Part shown: piece after piece, positions 28,191-38,900 of the stretch
Position numbering within the stretch: position 1 is the first letter of the stretch
Layout: every line of letters starts with the position of its first letter
Source: an uncultured Candidatus Saccharibacteria bacterium
Lineage (GTDB): Bacteria; Patescibacteriota; Minisyncoccia; Phycocordibacterales; UBA9973
Direction: 5' to 3'
NCBI GenBank assembly: GCA_964500465.1
Contig: CAZCNB010000003.1
Span: 13,882-77,881, forward strand
Length of the DNA: 64,000 bases
The notes under the pieces: generated by a model
Database searches by the model: none
Told to the model about the DNA's origin: nothing
Seen by the model: only the letters and a program-made list of their open reading frames with translations
Translations under genes and position numbers: made by a program

Positions 28191-29255
28191 TTAAAGATTG
28201 CGAGCGATTTTTTTCTTCTCTACATCATTTATAAACTCAAGTAAACATACAGCACAAGGTATAGCAAGCACTACACCCCAGAATCCAGCAAGTGTACCAC
28301 CAATAAGTATTGCAAGAATAACAACAAGTGGTGAAATTCCTATAACTTTCTTAACTATCAAAGGATATATTAAGTAATTTTCAAATTGGTGAAGTATAAA
28401 ATACAAAAATAAAGTTAGGAAAGCAACAGTTATACTTCCATTTAAGTATGCAAACACCATAGCTGGTATAACTACCAAAAATAGACCGAATGGTATTAGT
28501 TCGGAAAATGCTGTAGCAATTGCAAGTATAAATGAATATTTGACTCCTAAAATGGTAAGGCCTAGATAAGCAAGGACTCCTATTATTAATCCTAGTAGCA
28601 TTTGGCCCTGGATCCATAGACCAATCTTTCTTTCAGTACGCCTCCACAGATCAATAACATATTCTTCACTACTATCAGGTGTTACGATTCTAAGAAAACC
28701 TTCAATTCCCTTTTCTTGTATAGAAAAGTAAAAAGATATTATCAAAATTAGACCTAAGTTTAACATTCCACCGAAAGCCTGACCAAAAATATCAAAGAAT
28801 CCACCAGATAAACTAGAAACTAAATTTTGGGTATTTTTTATTATTTCAGCGAGAGATCCATTATGAGAAATTGTACTAACAACACTTTTAGCACCAGTTA
28901 TAGTATCTGTTTGGAAAGTATTTAATATACTGTTATTTGGTACATAGTGACCTAATGAGTTAACCAATAAAGACATTTCCTGGATGAAAACTGGAACAAA
29001 TACGTAAGCAAGGCCAACAAAAACACCTATTGTCAGTATATAAATAATAAAAACAGCAAAAGTTCTATTTTTTACGTATTTTTTAAGCTTATATGAAGCG
29101 CCTCCAATAAAAGACGCAATAACTATAGAAGTAAGTATTATAAGTACAACGTCTATAAGTTTAACCAATGCAAAAACTAGAACACCCAAAAGGGCGACTC
29201 TAACTAAAGTACTGGTTGAAATATTAATGGTTGTTTTTTGAGGAATTTCTGACAT
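28191..29255 (-). CDS. AI-2E/PerM-family membrane transport protein
   Basis: ~8 TM helices with an AI-2E-like topology and a conserved central segment. Confidence 0.65.
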   Translation of the reverse strand: MSEIPQKTTINISTSTLVRVALLGVLVFALVKLIDVVLIILTSIVIASFIGGASYKLKKYVKNRTFAVFIIYILTIGVFVGLAYVFVPVFIQEMSLLVNSLGHYVPNNSILNTFQTDTITGAKSVVSTISHNGSLAEIIKNTQNLVSSLSGGFFDIFGQAFGGMLNLGLILIISFYFSIQEKGIEGFLRIVTPDSSEEYVIDLWRRTERKIGLWIQGQMLLGLIIGVLAYLGLTILGVKYSFILAIATAFSELIPFGLFLVVIPAMVFAYLNGSITVAFLTLFLYFILHQFENYLIYPLIVKKVIGISPLVVILAILIGGTLAGFWGVVLAIPCAVCLLEFINDVEKKKIARNL

Positions 29256-29287
29256 ATCCCTATAATAACATAGGAGGCTTACTCTTA

Positions 29288-30559
29288 CTAGAATTTCAAA
29301 ATGTCTATAAAATCAGATTTTTGTTTAAACGGACCAATTATAGATAAATTGAGTTTGGAAGTCACAAATATACTTTTTGCTATTTTCATAATATCTTTAG
29401 ATGTAACTTTGTTGATCGATTTAATTTTTTCATCTAAAGTTTTGAGTTCCCTTTTCATAAGTTCTTGAGAACCATAGAAACTAGCTATATCATCGGTTGC
29501 TTCAAGTGAGAGCTTCATATTACCTATGAGCATTGACTTAACTTTCGATAATTCTTTCGGAGAAACCTCTTCTTTTGTTAATCTTAGGCACTCTTTAAGA
29601 ATTGCACTGAGTACTTCCTTGGTCCGAGAATTATTTACTCCTGCGGATATCTGAAAACTACCATGATCAAGTGATGGATCATTAAAAGATCTTACATAAT
29701 AAGCTACTCCCATTTCTTCTCTAAGCTTTATAAAAAGTCGTGAACTCATTCCAGCTCCTAGTACACCAGAGAGAACTGAAAGCACAGGATTTCTTTTATC
29801 AAACATAGAAAATGACCTGACTCCCAAAACAAAATGTGTTTGGTCTGTATCTTTGTATTTCACAACCACACTTGGTTTTGTTTGTTTATCAATTGTCTTT
29901 TTTTTACCAACTTTTTTGCCTGTGTGAATATTGCCAAAATGTTTGCTAACTTCTTTATAAACTTCACCATTACTTACACTGCCAGCAACTACAATCACAG
30001 TACTACTTGATACATAATGTGATTTCTTGTACTTAACAAAGTCATCTCGTGTCATATTATTTACATTTTCTTTTGTGCCTGCAATATTTCTTCCAGCCGG
30101 CTGGTCACCATATAAAACTTCTCCAAATAAATCTTGGACATGGCGATTAGGCATATCTTCGTACATATTTATCTCCTCTATTATTACACCTTTTTCTTTC
30201 TCAATTTCGGCCTCGGGAAAAGTTGAATTTAGATATATATCAGAAATTATTTCAAAAATTTTCTTGAAATTCTTGGAATCACTTTTTGCATAATACCCTG
30301 TCATCTCGTGATCCGTAAAAGCATTGTATTGGGCTCCAAGAGAATCTAGTTCATGAGATATTGATTGAGCAGTAGGCCGTTTTATGGTCCCTTTAAAACA
30401 CATATGTTCTAGAAAATGAGAAATTCCGTTGATACTTTTTTCTTCGTAATCACTACCAGTTCCAACTAATACTAAAACAGTTACTGTTGGATTGTCTTTC
30501 ATCGGAATAGTAACAACACGTAGGCCGTTTTTTAATGTTTTCTTATTTGGTTTTTGCAT
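29288..30559 (-). CDS. M16-family (pitrilysin-like) zinc peptidase
   Basis: Inverted zinc motif HFLEHMCFKGT near the N-terminus, and a downstream Glu. Length 423 aa. Confidence 0.8.
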   Translation of the reverse strand: MQKPNKKTLKNGLRVVTIPMKDNPTVTVLVLVGTGSDYEEKSINGISHFLEHMCFKGTIKRPTAQSISHELDSLGAQYNAFTDHEMTGYYAKSDSKNFKKIFEIISDIYLNSTFPEAEIEKEKGVIIEEINMYEDMPNRHVQDLFGEVLYGDQPAGRNIAGTKENVNNMTRDDFVKYKKSHYVSSSTVIVVAGSVSNGEVYKEVSKHFGNIHTGKKVGKKKTIDKQTKPSVVVKYKDTDQTHFVLGVRSFSMFDKRNPVLSVLSGVLGAGMSSRLFIKLREEMGVAYYVRSFNDPSLDHGSFQISAGVNNSRTKEVLSAILKECLRLTKEEVSPKELSKVKSMLIGNMKLSLEATDDIASFYGSQELMKRELKTLDEKIKSINKVTSKDIMKIAKSIFVTSKLNLSIIGPFKQKSDFIDILKF

Positions 30560-30560
30560 A

Positions 30561-31859
30561 CTAAGCTAACTTTTCTTTAATATAATCAATAATTTCAGTC
30601 TTTTTTATTCTATCTTGTGATCCGGTATCTCTATCGCGTATAGTTACTGAATCATCATTTAAGGTATCATAATCGATAACCACACACCACGGTGTACCTA
30701 TCTCGTCTTGTCTCCTGTAACGTTTACCAATATTTCCATTATCATCCCACATAACTCTTCCAAACTCTCCTTTTAGCATTCCATAAACTATTCGAGCTTG
30801 ATCTACTAATTCTGGTTTGTTTTTTACAAGAGGAGAAACTGCACATATAATAGGAGCGACATTAGGTTTGAAGGCAAGATAGCTTCTAGTTTCATTGTTT
30901 TGTTCATCTTCTTTGTACGCTGAAAGAAGAAGTGCAAGTAGCATACGATCTACTCCCATTGATGGCTCAATTACATGTGGAACTATCTTTTCTTTCATTT
31001 CTTCGTCAATATATTCAAGTTTATGATTTTCTAAATCGAAACTTCCTCTGTAAGCAAGACCAAATAATTCTTTTTGACCAAAAGGATATTCGAATTCAAA
31101 ATCAATTGTGCGCTTAGAATAATGGGCTCTATCTCCATCACCTATTTCGATTTCATGGACTAGATTCATATCAAGACCAAGCTCTTCAACAAATTCTGTA
31201 ACCACATCTTTCCAGTATGTAAAATATTTATCCCAATCTTCTGACCTTATAAAATATTCTATTTCCATTTGTTCGAACTCACGGACACGAAAGATAAAAT
31301 CTCTAGGTGTAATCTCGTTTCTAAATGCTTTACCTATCTGAGCAATACCGAACGGTAACTTTGGATGGAAAGAATCAACAACATTTTTAAAATTTACAAA
31401 TACTCCTTGAGCAGTTTCAGGGCGAAGATATACCGTAGCAGACGAATCTTCCATAGCTCCGATTTGAGTTTTAAACATCATATTGAATTGGCGAGATTCA
31501 CCAAGATTACCATCGCAGTCAGGACATTTTTTGGGATCTTCTAGTTGATCAGCTCTAAATCTGTGGTGGCATTTACTACATTCAACAAGTGGATCTGAAA
31601 ACCCAGCAACATGCCCAGATGCTTCCCATACTTTTGAATTCATCAAAATAGCGGCATCAACTTCATACATATCTGCACGTGAAGATACAAACTTTTTTCT
31701 CCATAAATCTTTTATATTGTTCTTTAAAGCTACTCCGAGAGGTCCGTAGTCCCAAGTTCCTCCAAGGCCTCCATATATCTCAGAACCTTGGTATATAAAA
31801 CCTCTCCTCTTCGCAAGAGAAGCAATCTTATCCATTAAGTTTTCTTGTGATTTATCCAT
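30561..31859 (-). CDS. glyS: glycyl-tRNA synthetase, dimeric class II (archaeal/eukaryote-like) type
   Basis: RRGFIYQGSEIYGGLGGTWDYGPLG, class II motifs, C-terminal anticodon-binding domain. Confidence 0.9.
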   Translation of the reverse strand: MDKSQENLMDKIASLAKRRGFIYQGSEIYGGLGGTWDYGPLGVALKNNIKDLWRKKFVSSRADMYEVDAAILMNSKVWEASGHVAGFSDPLVECSKCHHRFRADQLEDPKKCPDCDGNLGESRQFNMMFKTQIGAMEDSSATVYLRPETAQGVFVNFKNVVDSFHPKLPFGIAQIGKAFRNEITPRDFIFRVREFEQMEIEYFIRSEDWDKYFTYWKDVVTEFVEELGLDMNLVHEIEIGDGDRAHYSKRTIDFEFEYPFGQKELFGLAYRGSFDLENHKLEYIDEEMKEKIVPHVIEPSMGVDRMLLALLLSAYKEDEQNNETRSYLAFKPNVAPIICAVSPLVKNKPELVDQARIVYGMLKGEFGRVMWDDNGNIGKRYRRQDEIGTPWCVVIDYDTLNDDSVTIRDRDTGSQDRIKKTEIIDYIKEKLA

Positions 31860-31862
31860 ATA

Positions 31863-33767
31863 CTATTGTATAACACGTTCTTGCCCAGGTTTAAAGTATG
31901 GGTCATCTCGTAATAATGTTGTAATAGGACCACGCTTACTTTTTACTGTTGTATTTGTAAACATGTCTGTACCAGAAAGATACACATCTTTCATAAGCTG
32001 TGGAACACTTCCGATTTGAGAACTTGAAGGAGAAAGTGATAGAGTAAACGTAACTTCACGATTTCCATCTATTCCAGTATTAGGTCTAACAGTTCCTATA
32101 TCCCATAGAACTTCGTGTGTGACATCATTGTAAGACACTTTTTCTTTACCATCTCCAACAGCTCCTACCCATCTAATATATATAGGTAGAGAAGATCTAG
32201 CTTGAGCTTGATTTATGGTATTAGCTGAATTTGAAAGTGTCCAGGTTACATTATATCTTGTTTCATTTTCAGCTTTTGGTGGAATAGGACCTGACAGAGC
32301 CGATGCAGATGATGCAATCTGGAAATCCGAAGTTAACTTAACAATCTTTTTTGTAAAATCATCTACACTACTTGAAGAACCTTCAGAAGGTTGTTTACCT
32401 CTAATACTTACTTGTAATACCACTTGCGGTTCTTTAATAGAATTACGAGAACCGACAAGAGAGACCGGTTTAAAATTAAATCCAACAACACCACTTGCTC
32501 CTGGCTCTATAGAAGCAAGTTCTGGAATAGTATTTTTATCCCAAACAATCTGATTATTTGCAGAGTCATAGAACCCTTCAAGTGGATTTACTTCACTTTT
32601 ATCAAAAACATTCCCAGAAAATCCTAAGATGATTTGAGCATCAGTTATTCGAGTTTGTAAGTTATTTGACCAAGCAATTTCTCCATCAACTTGTTCACCT
32701 CCTGAAGCTGTATATGTAGGCAGATCTTGGCCACCAACCAAAATACGAGCTTCTAAGAATGGCTTAGTAAGTGATATTGTTTTCAAGAGTGAGTTATAAA
32801 CAACATTTACTACAGATTGATCACTAGGGCTTGTAGTACCAGCATAAACATGGAAAACTTGTTCATCACCATCTTGACCTATCAAACGCCCTTTTATATC
32901 TATAGAAATAGGATTAGTTTGAGTTAACCCATCAAGGTTCCATATAGTATTACCAAAAGAAGGAGCTGGGGTTGCACTTTCAAAGGCAAAGTTATTTGGA
33001 TATGTTACCTGAAGCATAGTTGCACCTTCTGGAAGAGTAGTATTTAACGTTACTTTTACCTTAAAAGAAATAACCTGATCCGAAGTAGCTGTATCTGGAG
33101 CTTCTACGATTAGTGAAAGTGGGGCGGAGCTTATTGATACAGGGTAATCTTTTTCTTTTGCAAATATTGCATTTGATCCCTCTGGATGATATTCGAGTGT
33201 AACCTTAATGTTTCTAATCGATTTTTCTTCTCCAAAAAGTGTAACTTTCTTACTAAGCGTTACACTTGAACCCTTTTTAATTAAACCAATATTTTCACGA
33301 GGAAGGCGGACCATATCGTTCGGATTATCACTTGCGCCACGTGGATATTCTACAACTAAGTTAGCAAGTTCCAAATTTGCATTGTTGCGATTTGTTATCT
33401 CTATCTGTAACGGTAATTCATCTCCCCCTTTTGTAAATGCATTACCTAAAACTTTTATATCGATATTTTCATTTGAAACAGACACTCCACCATTTAGAAA
33501 CATGTATGTAGAAAAAAGTATCGCTCCAATAAAGAATATTAGTGCAACAAAAAAGAATTTCTTAAACACAGAGGTATGAGGTTTTTTAGTAGAAGTATTT
33601 GGTAATGTATTATCAGAACTTTCAGATTCACCATGCCAACTAGTTGGTACTGGATGAGCAACAGGATGGAGAGTTCCTGCATGAGGACGATTAGTGACTT
33701 TATCTTCACGATCATAAAGTCTTCGCTTAATATCTTCTATTCGACTCCTATATTCATTTTCTGCCAT
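31863..33767 (-). CDS. hypothetical type-II membrane protein with large extracytoplasmic beta-rich domain
   Basis: A ~70-aa cytoplasmic N-terminus (charged, His/Pro-rich), one TM (FFFVALIFFIGAILFSTYMF), then ~540 aa rich in T/S/N/V with no motifs I recognise. Confidence 0.5.
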   Translation of the reverse strand: MAENEYRSRIEDIKRRLYDREDKVTNRPHAGTLHPVAHPVPTSWHGESESSDNTLPNTSTKKPHTSVFKKFFFVALIFFIGAILFSTYMFLNGGVSVSNENIDIKVLGNAFTKGGDELPLQIEITNRNNANLELANLVVEYPRGASDNPNDMVRLPRENIGLIKKGSSVTLSKKVTLFGEEKSIRNIKVTLEYHPEGSNAIFAKEKDYPVSISSAPLSLIVEAPDTATSDQVISFKVKVTLNTTLPEGATMLQVTYPNNFAFESATPAPSFGNTIWNLDGLTQTNPISIDIKGRLIGQDGDEQVFHVYAGTTSPSDQSVVNVVYNSLLKTISLTKPFLEARILVGGQDLPTYTASGGEQVDGEIAWSNNLQTRITDAQIILGFSGNVFDKSEVNPLEGFYDSANNQIVWDKNTIPELASIEPGASGVVGFNFKPVSLVGSRNSIKEPQVVLQVSIRGKQPSEGSSSSVDDFTKKIVKLTSDFQIASSASALSGPIPPKAENETRYNVTWTLSNSANTINQAQARSSLPIYIRWVGAVGDGKEKVSYNDVTHEVLWDIGTVRPNTGIDGNREVTFTLSLSPSSSQIGSVPQLMKDVYLSGTDMFTNTTVKSKRGPITTLLRDDPYFKPGQERVIQ

Positions 33768-33798
33768 ATGTTATAAGAACTATTATACCACAAGAGTT

Positions 33799-34383
33799 TT
33801 AAAGACCGCTCTCACTCATAGCCTTGTTTATATAGGCTATTATAGATTTACGCTCCCTTAGAAGGCTTTCGACTTTGATTTTCTCGAAAGGAAGCGATAA
33901 GTACTCGCCTAATATATCAGATTCGCCCACATACCCAAGTGTGTTCATAATTCGCAAAACTAAATGTAGTTCTAGTGCTTCCCTTTTTTCAATAGAAATT
34001 TGCTCATCATCCATCAGATATAGAGATTGAATGAAGTCATCAAAAATTTTCTCATTTGATTCTTCTCCATCACAAAGTCTTTCTATAAGTTTACTAATCC
34101 GAGCAATAAGAAGAATTGATTGCTTATCTCTACGAGCGTAGGAAAATGAATTAATATTACTTGCAGAAGTAACTCTCCAAAGATCCCTACCCCGTACAAG
34201 ATCTACTTTTACATATGAAAAATCTTGCAAAGCAAAGCGGAGTTTTGACTTGTTGAGTCTTACACCTTGTGCGGCGCACCTGATCAACCCCATCTCACGA
34301 GTATAAATTGATAGCATCTTATTAGCCTCACCCATATTGCGAGAACCTAATATAAAACCATGAGTGTGATAAATATGGTGCAT
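33799..34383 (-). CDS. recO: DNA repair protein RecO (short form)
   Basis: N-terminal OB-fold pattern (THGFILGSRNMGEANKMLSIYTREMGLIRCAAQGVR...LQDFSYVKVDL). Confidence 0.6.
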   Translation of the reverse strand: MHHIYHTHGFILGSRNMGEANKMLSIYTREMGLIRCAAQGVRLNKSKLRFALQDFSYVKVDLVRGRDLWRVTSASNINSFSYARRDKQSILLIARISKLIERLCDGEESNEKIFDDFIQSLYLMDDEQISIEKREALELHLVLRIMNTLGYVGESDILGEYLSLPFEKIKVESLLRERKSIIAYINKAMSESGL

Positions 34384-34955
34384 TATTCTTTTATCATTTT
34401 TAATAAAGCTTCTAATGCTTCTGGAAGTTCATACCAACCAGAAGAACCGTTTAGATGTCCACCATTTTTTATTGGTATAAGTTGACAAGATAAATTTCTT
34501 GAAAGTTCTTGTGCTTGTTCGAAAGGTACGGCTGTATCATTATCGCCATGAATCACAAAAAAATTATTGCATATTTTTTTTATATGTTCATAATTAAACT
34601 CTTTTTCATAGAAGTGATTTATTGGGATATATCTATCTTTGCCTGGAATTGGATGTATTATCCCTGAAACCAAAACAGCACCACCAATTTTTAATTCAGG
34701 ATATAATGTCTCTAAATAATTTAAAACAGCAGGAACTCCAAGAGAATGCCCAACCAAATATACATCTTCACTCGGAATTCCAATACTATTTTTTATTGTT
34801 TCAACCCATTCATCTTTGATTGGTTTTTCATCTATCATTGGCATAGCAAGAGCGCATGCCCATATTTCTTCACGCGCAAGCTTCCCCATCAACCAAGGTC
34901 TCCAACCTCCATTTGGTTCTCCTCCATAACCATGTATCAAAAATACCTTTTTCAT
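34383..34955 (-). CDS. alpha/beta-hydrolase, YdeN/RBBP9-like serine hydrolase
   Basis: VFLIHGYGGEPNGGWRPWL, nucleophile elbow VGHSLG, C-terminal D...H. Confidence 0.7.
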   Translation of the reverse strand: MKKVFLIHGYGGEPNGGWRPWLMGKLAREEIWACALAMPMIDEKPIKDEWVETIKNSIGIPSEDVYLVGHSLGVPAVLNYLETLYPELKIGGAVLVSGIIHPIPGKDRYIPINHFYEKEFNYEHIKKICNNFFVIHGDNDTAVPFEQAQELSRNLSCQLIPIKNGGHLNGSSGWYELPEALEALLKMIKE

Positions 34956-35344
34956 AAACTTGTTTTAAGAAAATTATCTAATTCTTCTAGATCTTTTTTA
35001 TTTTCATCATATAAGTAACTATTAATACCGGCTAATTGAGCACTTTTTACTGCTTCTATGTCATGCTCAAAATAGATTACATCTTCTGGTTTCAAGTTGT
35101 ATTCTGCAAGAAAAATTTCAAAATATTTTGGGTCAATTTTATCTGGATTATGCTTAAGTGTAAAAAACTCGTATGGCAGATTATTTAAACCATATAACTC
35201 AAATTTATCATCACTTGCATTAGTAAGAACTATCTTTTTATTTGGATACTTTTCTAATAATTCATACATGTTATTATTAAGCTCAAATTTATCTCCAACT
35301 TTTAAAATAAAAGTATATACTGCATCTACTAATATTATCTTCAT
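34952..35344 (-). CDS. HAD-superfamily-like small protein with degenerate motif I
   Basis: MKIILVDAVYT (DxV instead of DxD), KIVLTNAS, K, EHDIEAVKSAQLAG. Probably an inactive or divergent paralog of the neighbouring HAD gene. Confidence 0.4.
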   Translation of the reverse strand: MKIILVDAVYTFILKVGDKFELNNNMYELLEKYPNKKIVLTNASDDKFELYGLNNLPYEFFTLKHNPDKIDPKYFEIFLAEYNLKPEDVIYFEHDIEAVKSAQLAGINSYLYDENKKDLEELDNFLKTSL

Positions 35345-35345
35345 T

Positions 35346-35969
35346 CTATGATTTTAACACATTTTCTATAGCTTGAACCAACTCTCCTGGATTATCGATA
35401 ATAGCCATTGGTCTCCCTTTTTCCATATGTTTACTACTATGTAATCCCCAAGTTACACCTATTGAAGATATATTACATTCATTGGCTTCTTTTATGTCTC
35501 CCAAGGTATCAGTAATAAAAATACAATCTTGTGGTAATGCTTTATATTGATCTAAAATCATACCAATTTTAATTACCTTACTTTTATGTATATCCGCACC
35601 ATATATATCCGAGAAAAAATCAAGAGTTTTCTCTCTTTCTAAAAAACTTTTTATAAAATCACTCCTAGTAGAAGAAACAATAACTAGGGTGTAATTTTCT
35701 GATAGGGTTTTTATAGAATTAAAAAGTGATTCATGTATATTGGTTTTTTCTAGATTATTCTGGTACTGTTCATAAAAATCTTTTGGGTGAATATGCTCAC
35801 CTTTTGTAACTGCATTATTGTATCCATCATGAAAATTTCCATTAGATAATGCTTGAAAAGATTCCCAAGAAAAATCTGGATTTACATCCTTGTGGATTTT
35901 ATATGAGTACTCAATAGTATTTGCAAGTACCCCATCAAAATCAAACATCACTATTTTTTTATTTTTCAT
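35346..35969 (-). CDS. HAD-superfamily phosphatase
   Basis: Motif I FDFDGVL, motif II VIVSST, and the motif III/IV region FITDTLGDIKEA. Confidence 0.8.
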   Translation of the reverse strand: MKNKKIVMFDFDGVLANTIEYSYKIHKDVNPDFSWESFQALSNGNFHDGYNNAVTKGEHIHPKDFYEQYQNNLEKTNIHESLFNSIKTLSENYTLVIVSSTRSDFIKSFLEREKTLDFFSDIYGADIHKSKVIKIGMILDQYKALPQDCIFITDTLGDIKEANECNISSIGVTWGLHSSKHMEKGRPMAIIDNPGELVQAIENVLKS

Positions 35970-35970
35970 C

Positions 35971-38900
35971 TTAAGATATTGTTATAGTAAAGATCAGTTC
36001 ATCGATCTTTACTTCTACCCCACTATTTTCAGCTATATCAATCCGCTCTGCGCCTACAATTTTCAAAAGTTCGTCTTTCCAAGTATTGATCAAATCCTGT
36101 CCATCTACACTTGTTGCAATTTTTAGAGTTACTACATCGCTTGGATTTAACCCTTTTTCTTTTCGCATATCTTGAATAGCTCTTATGAGTTCACGATATT
36201 GTCCCTCTTTTTTCAAATCAAGAGTTATATGAGCATCCAACACAACAGGACCATCTATAGATTCATTATAAATAACTTCTTTTATATTTAACTCATCTTT
36301 AACAATCTCTACAAAAGGGTCATTCAAAACATAGCTCTTTACGCTTAGAGACTTTAAGGGTTGGCGAACTTTGATACCTGCTTTCTGACGAGCTTCAAGC
36401 CCTAGGGTTACCACATGACGAACGATACTCATTTCTGAAATTATATTTTCATCAATCTGCTCTACCTTAGGCCAATCTGAAAGGTGCACACTTTCAACAT
36501 CTTTACTATTTTTTAACTTTTGCCAAATACTCTCTGCTATAAAAGGAGTAAACGGAGCCATAAGTTTAACTGTTGTTTTTATAACTTTATATAAAGTTTC
36601 TTTTGCATCCTTATCTCCATCTTTTAATCTTTCTCTTGAGCGACGAAGATACCATGTAGAAAGATCTTCTATAAATAGATCAAACGGTCTTGTGGAAAGT
36701 GACATGTCATACATTTCCATATTTTTTGTAACTTCGTCTATAAGTTGTCCTAATCGAGCATTTATCCATCTGTCCAAAACATTTTCACTTTTACTTTCTC
36801 CACTATTCTCAAAATTAGTATCTCGATACAATTCGTAGAATGTTACTACGTTTTCAAAGCGAGAAATTATTTTACTTGCAATATCTTGGACTGATTTTTC
36901 AGAGAAATTTACATCTTCCCCTTTCATTACAGGACAAGACATTAAGTAGAAACGTAGTGCGTCTACCCCATATTTATCGAAAAGTATCCATGGATCAGGA
37001 AAATTGTTTTTAGATTTAGACATTTTCTGACCATCTTCAGCCAAAATTGTTCCAGTTGTAACAATATTTTCAAATGGTGCTTTTCCAAACAAAATAGTTG
37101 AAATTGTGTGAGTATAGTAAAACCATGTCCTCGTCTGAGCTATATATTCTGCCACAAATCCTGCTGGGAAATTGGTTTTTTGCCAATCTTCCCTTTCGAA
37201 TGGGAAATGATCTTGAGCGAAAGGCATTGAACCAGATTCAAACCAACAGTCTATAACCTCAGGAATACGGTAATATTCTTCTCCATCTTTTTCAATAGGG
37301 ACAAAATCAATATACGGCCTATGAAAATCTAGATCGTAGTCTTTGTTATGAGGAAAATACGTAAAAGGCAATTCTTGTACTTGCGCATTATTAAGATAGT
37401 TGTAATTCTCTTTATTTCTGATTAGTTCAAGCGTCTCTTCTATGCTAAATAAAGATGCGCCAGCTATCATAAGCCATGCGGGGCCTCCATGGGTAACTAT
37501 TAGAATTTTTTTATTTTTATATTGTTCTTCAAGTTGGAATAAAAAACTCATCGCTCGGCGCTTAACATCTAGATAAGACTCGTTCCCCTCTGGAGCATTT
37601 GCAAAATTTTCAACTGTTTTTGGATAAAGAGTATGATACTCTGCCCATGTACGACCTTCATACATAGGTAGAGATATCTCATGAAGTCGATCATCGAGAA
37701 TTATTTGCTCATCAGATAGACCTAAAATATCTTGAACTATTTTTGTTGTTTCCCTTGTACGATTAAACGGAGAAGTAATTATAAGATCTATGCCTTTATC
37801 TTTCATATCAAGAGCACTGGCGCGCACTTGTTCTTGTCCTTTTTCTGTAAGGTGACTACCGCTGTTTGTAACAGTATTTACAACATTTTTTACATTATGA
37901 TTTGTCTCACCATGGCGCATCACAAAATAAGTATTGCCAGATTTTTTGGTATGAGCTTTTAATTCTTCATTAGATTTTATAAACAAAATTTCACCAGCCT
38001 TATTTTTCCAAATAGGAAGTGGGCTTGCCCAATAACGATTACGGGATATAGTCCAATCTGGAGCACTTTCCATGGTATTTTTGAATCTGCCTTCTTTTAA
38101 GTGAGATGGTATCCAATTCATGGATTTGGCACTTGAAAGCATTTCATCTTTTGATTTTTGAATATTCACAAACCACGAAGGAAGTGCGTAGTACAAAAGT
38201 GGCGTATCGCATCTATAACAATGAGGATATGAGTGTATTATTTTTTCTTTTGCAAAAAGAGCACCTGCGTGAGCAAGGTATTTGATAATGGCTATATCAG
38301 TAGATTGATGATCTTCTTTTGGCTTTGCTTTCATTCCTATAAAATCTGTGACAATATTTGAAAACACTCCATTGTGTTCAACATGGCGTATAAAAGATAT
38401 ATGATTCTCTTCCGCGAGTTTCATGTCTTCTTCTCCGAATGCTGGAGCTTCATGAGCAATACCTGTTCCTTTATCTATAGTTACAAAATCGGCATGCCAA
38501 ACTCTCCATATATTATTTTTACCCGGAATATCAATATCTTTGTAATAAGTAAACACTGGCTCATATGTAAGACCTGTAAGCTCATGCCCTTCAACTTTTT
38601 TTACAAATTCTGGATTTACAAACTTATCTTTTAACTTTTCATATGATTCAGGAGTTAAAATCAATATTTCTTTTCCAGTTTCAGGGGTATGAGATATAAA
38701 TACGTAAGAAAGATTATTGTTTACTGCGATTGCGGTATTGCCTGGTAGTGTCCATGGAGTCGTGGTCCAAGCCAAAAGATATGTTGGAATTTCAGAATCT
38801 ATATTTAATTTAAATTTTACATAAACAGATATATCTGTTATATCTTTATAGCTGTTATCCATAGCAATTTCAGAATTTGCTATTGGTGTCTCACAACGTG

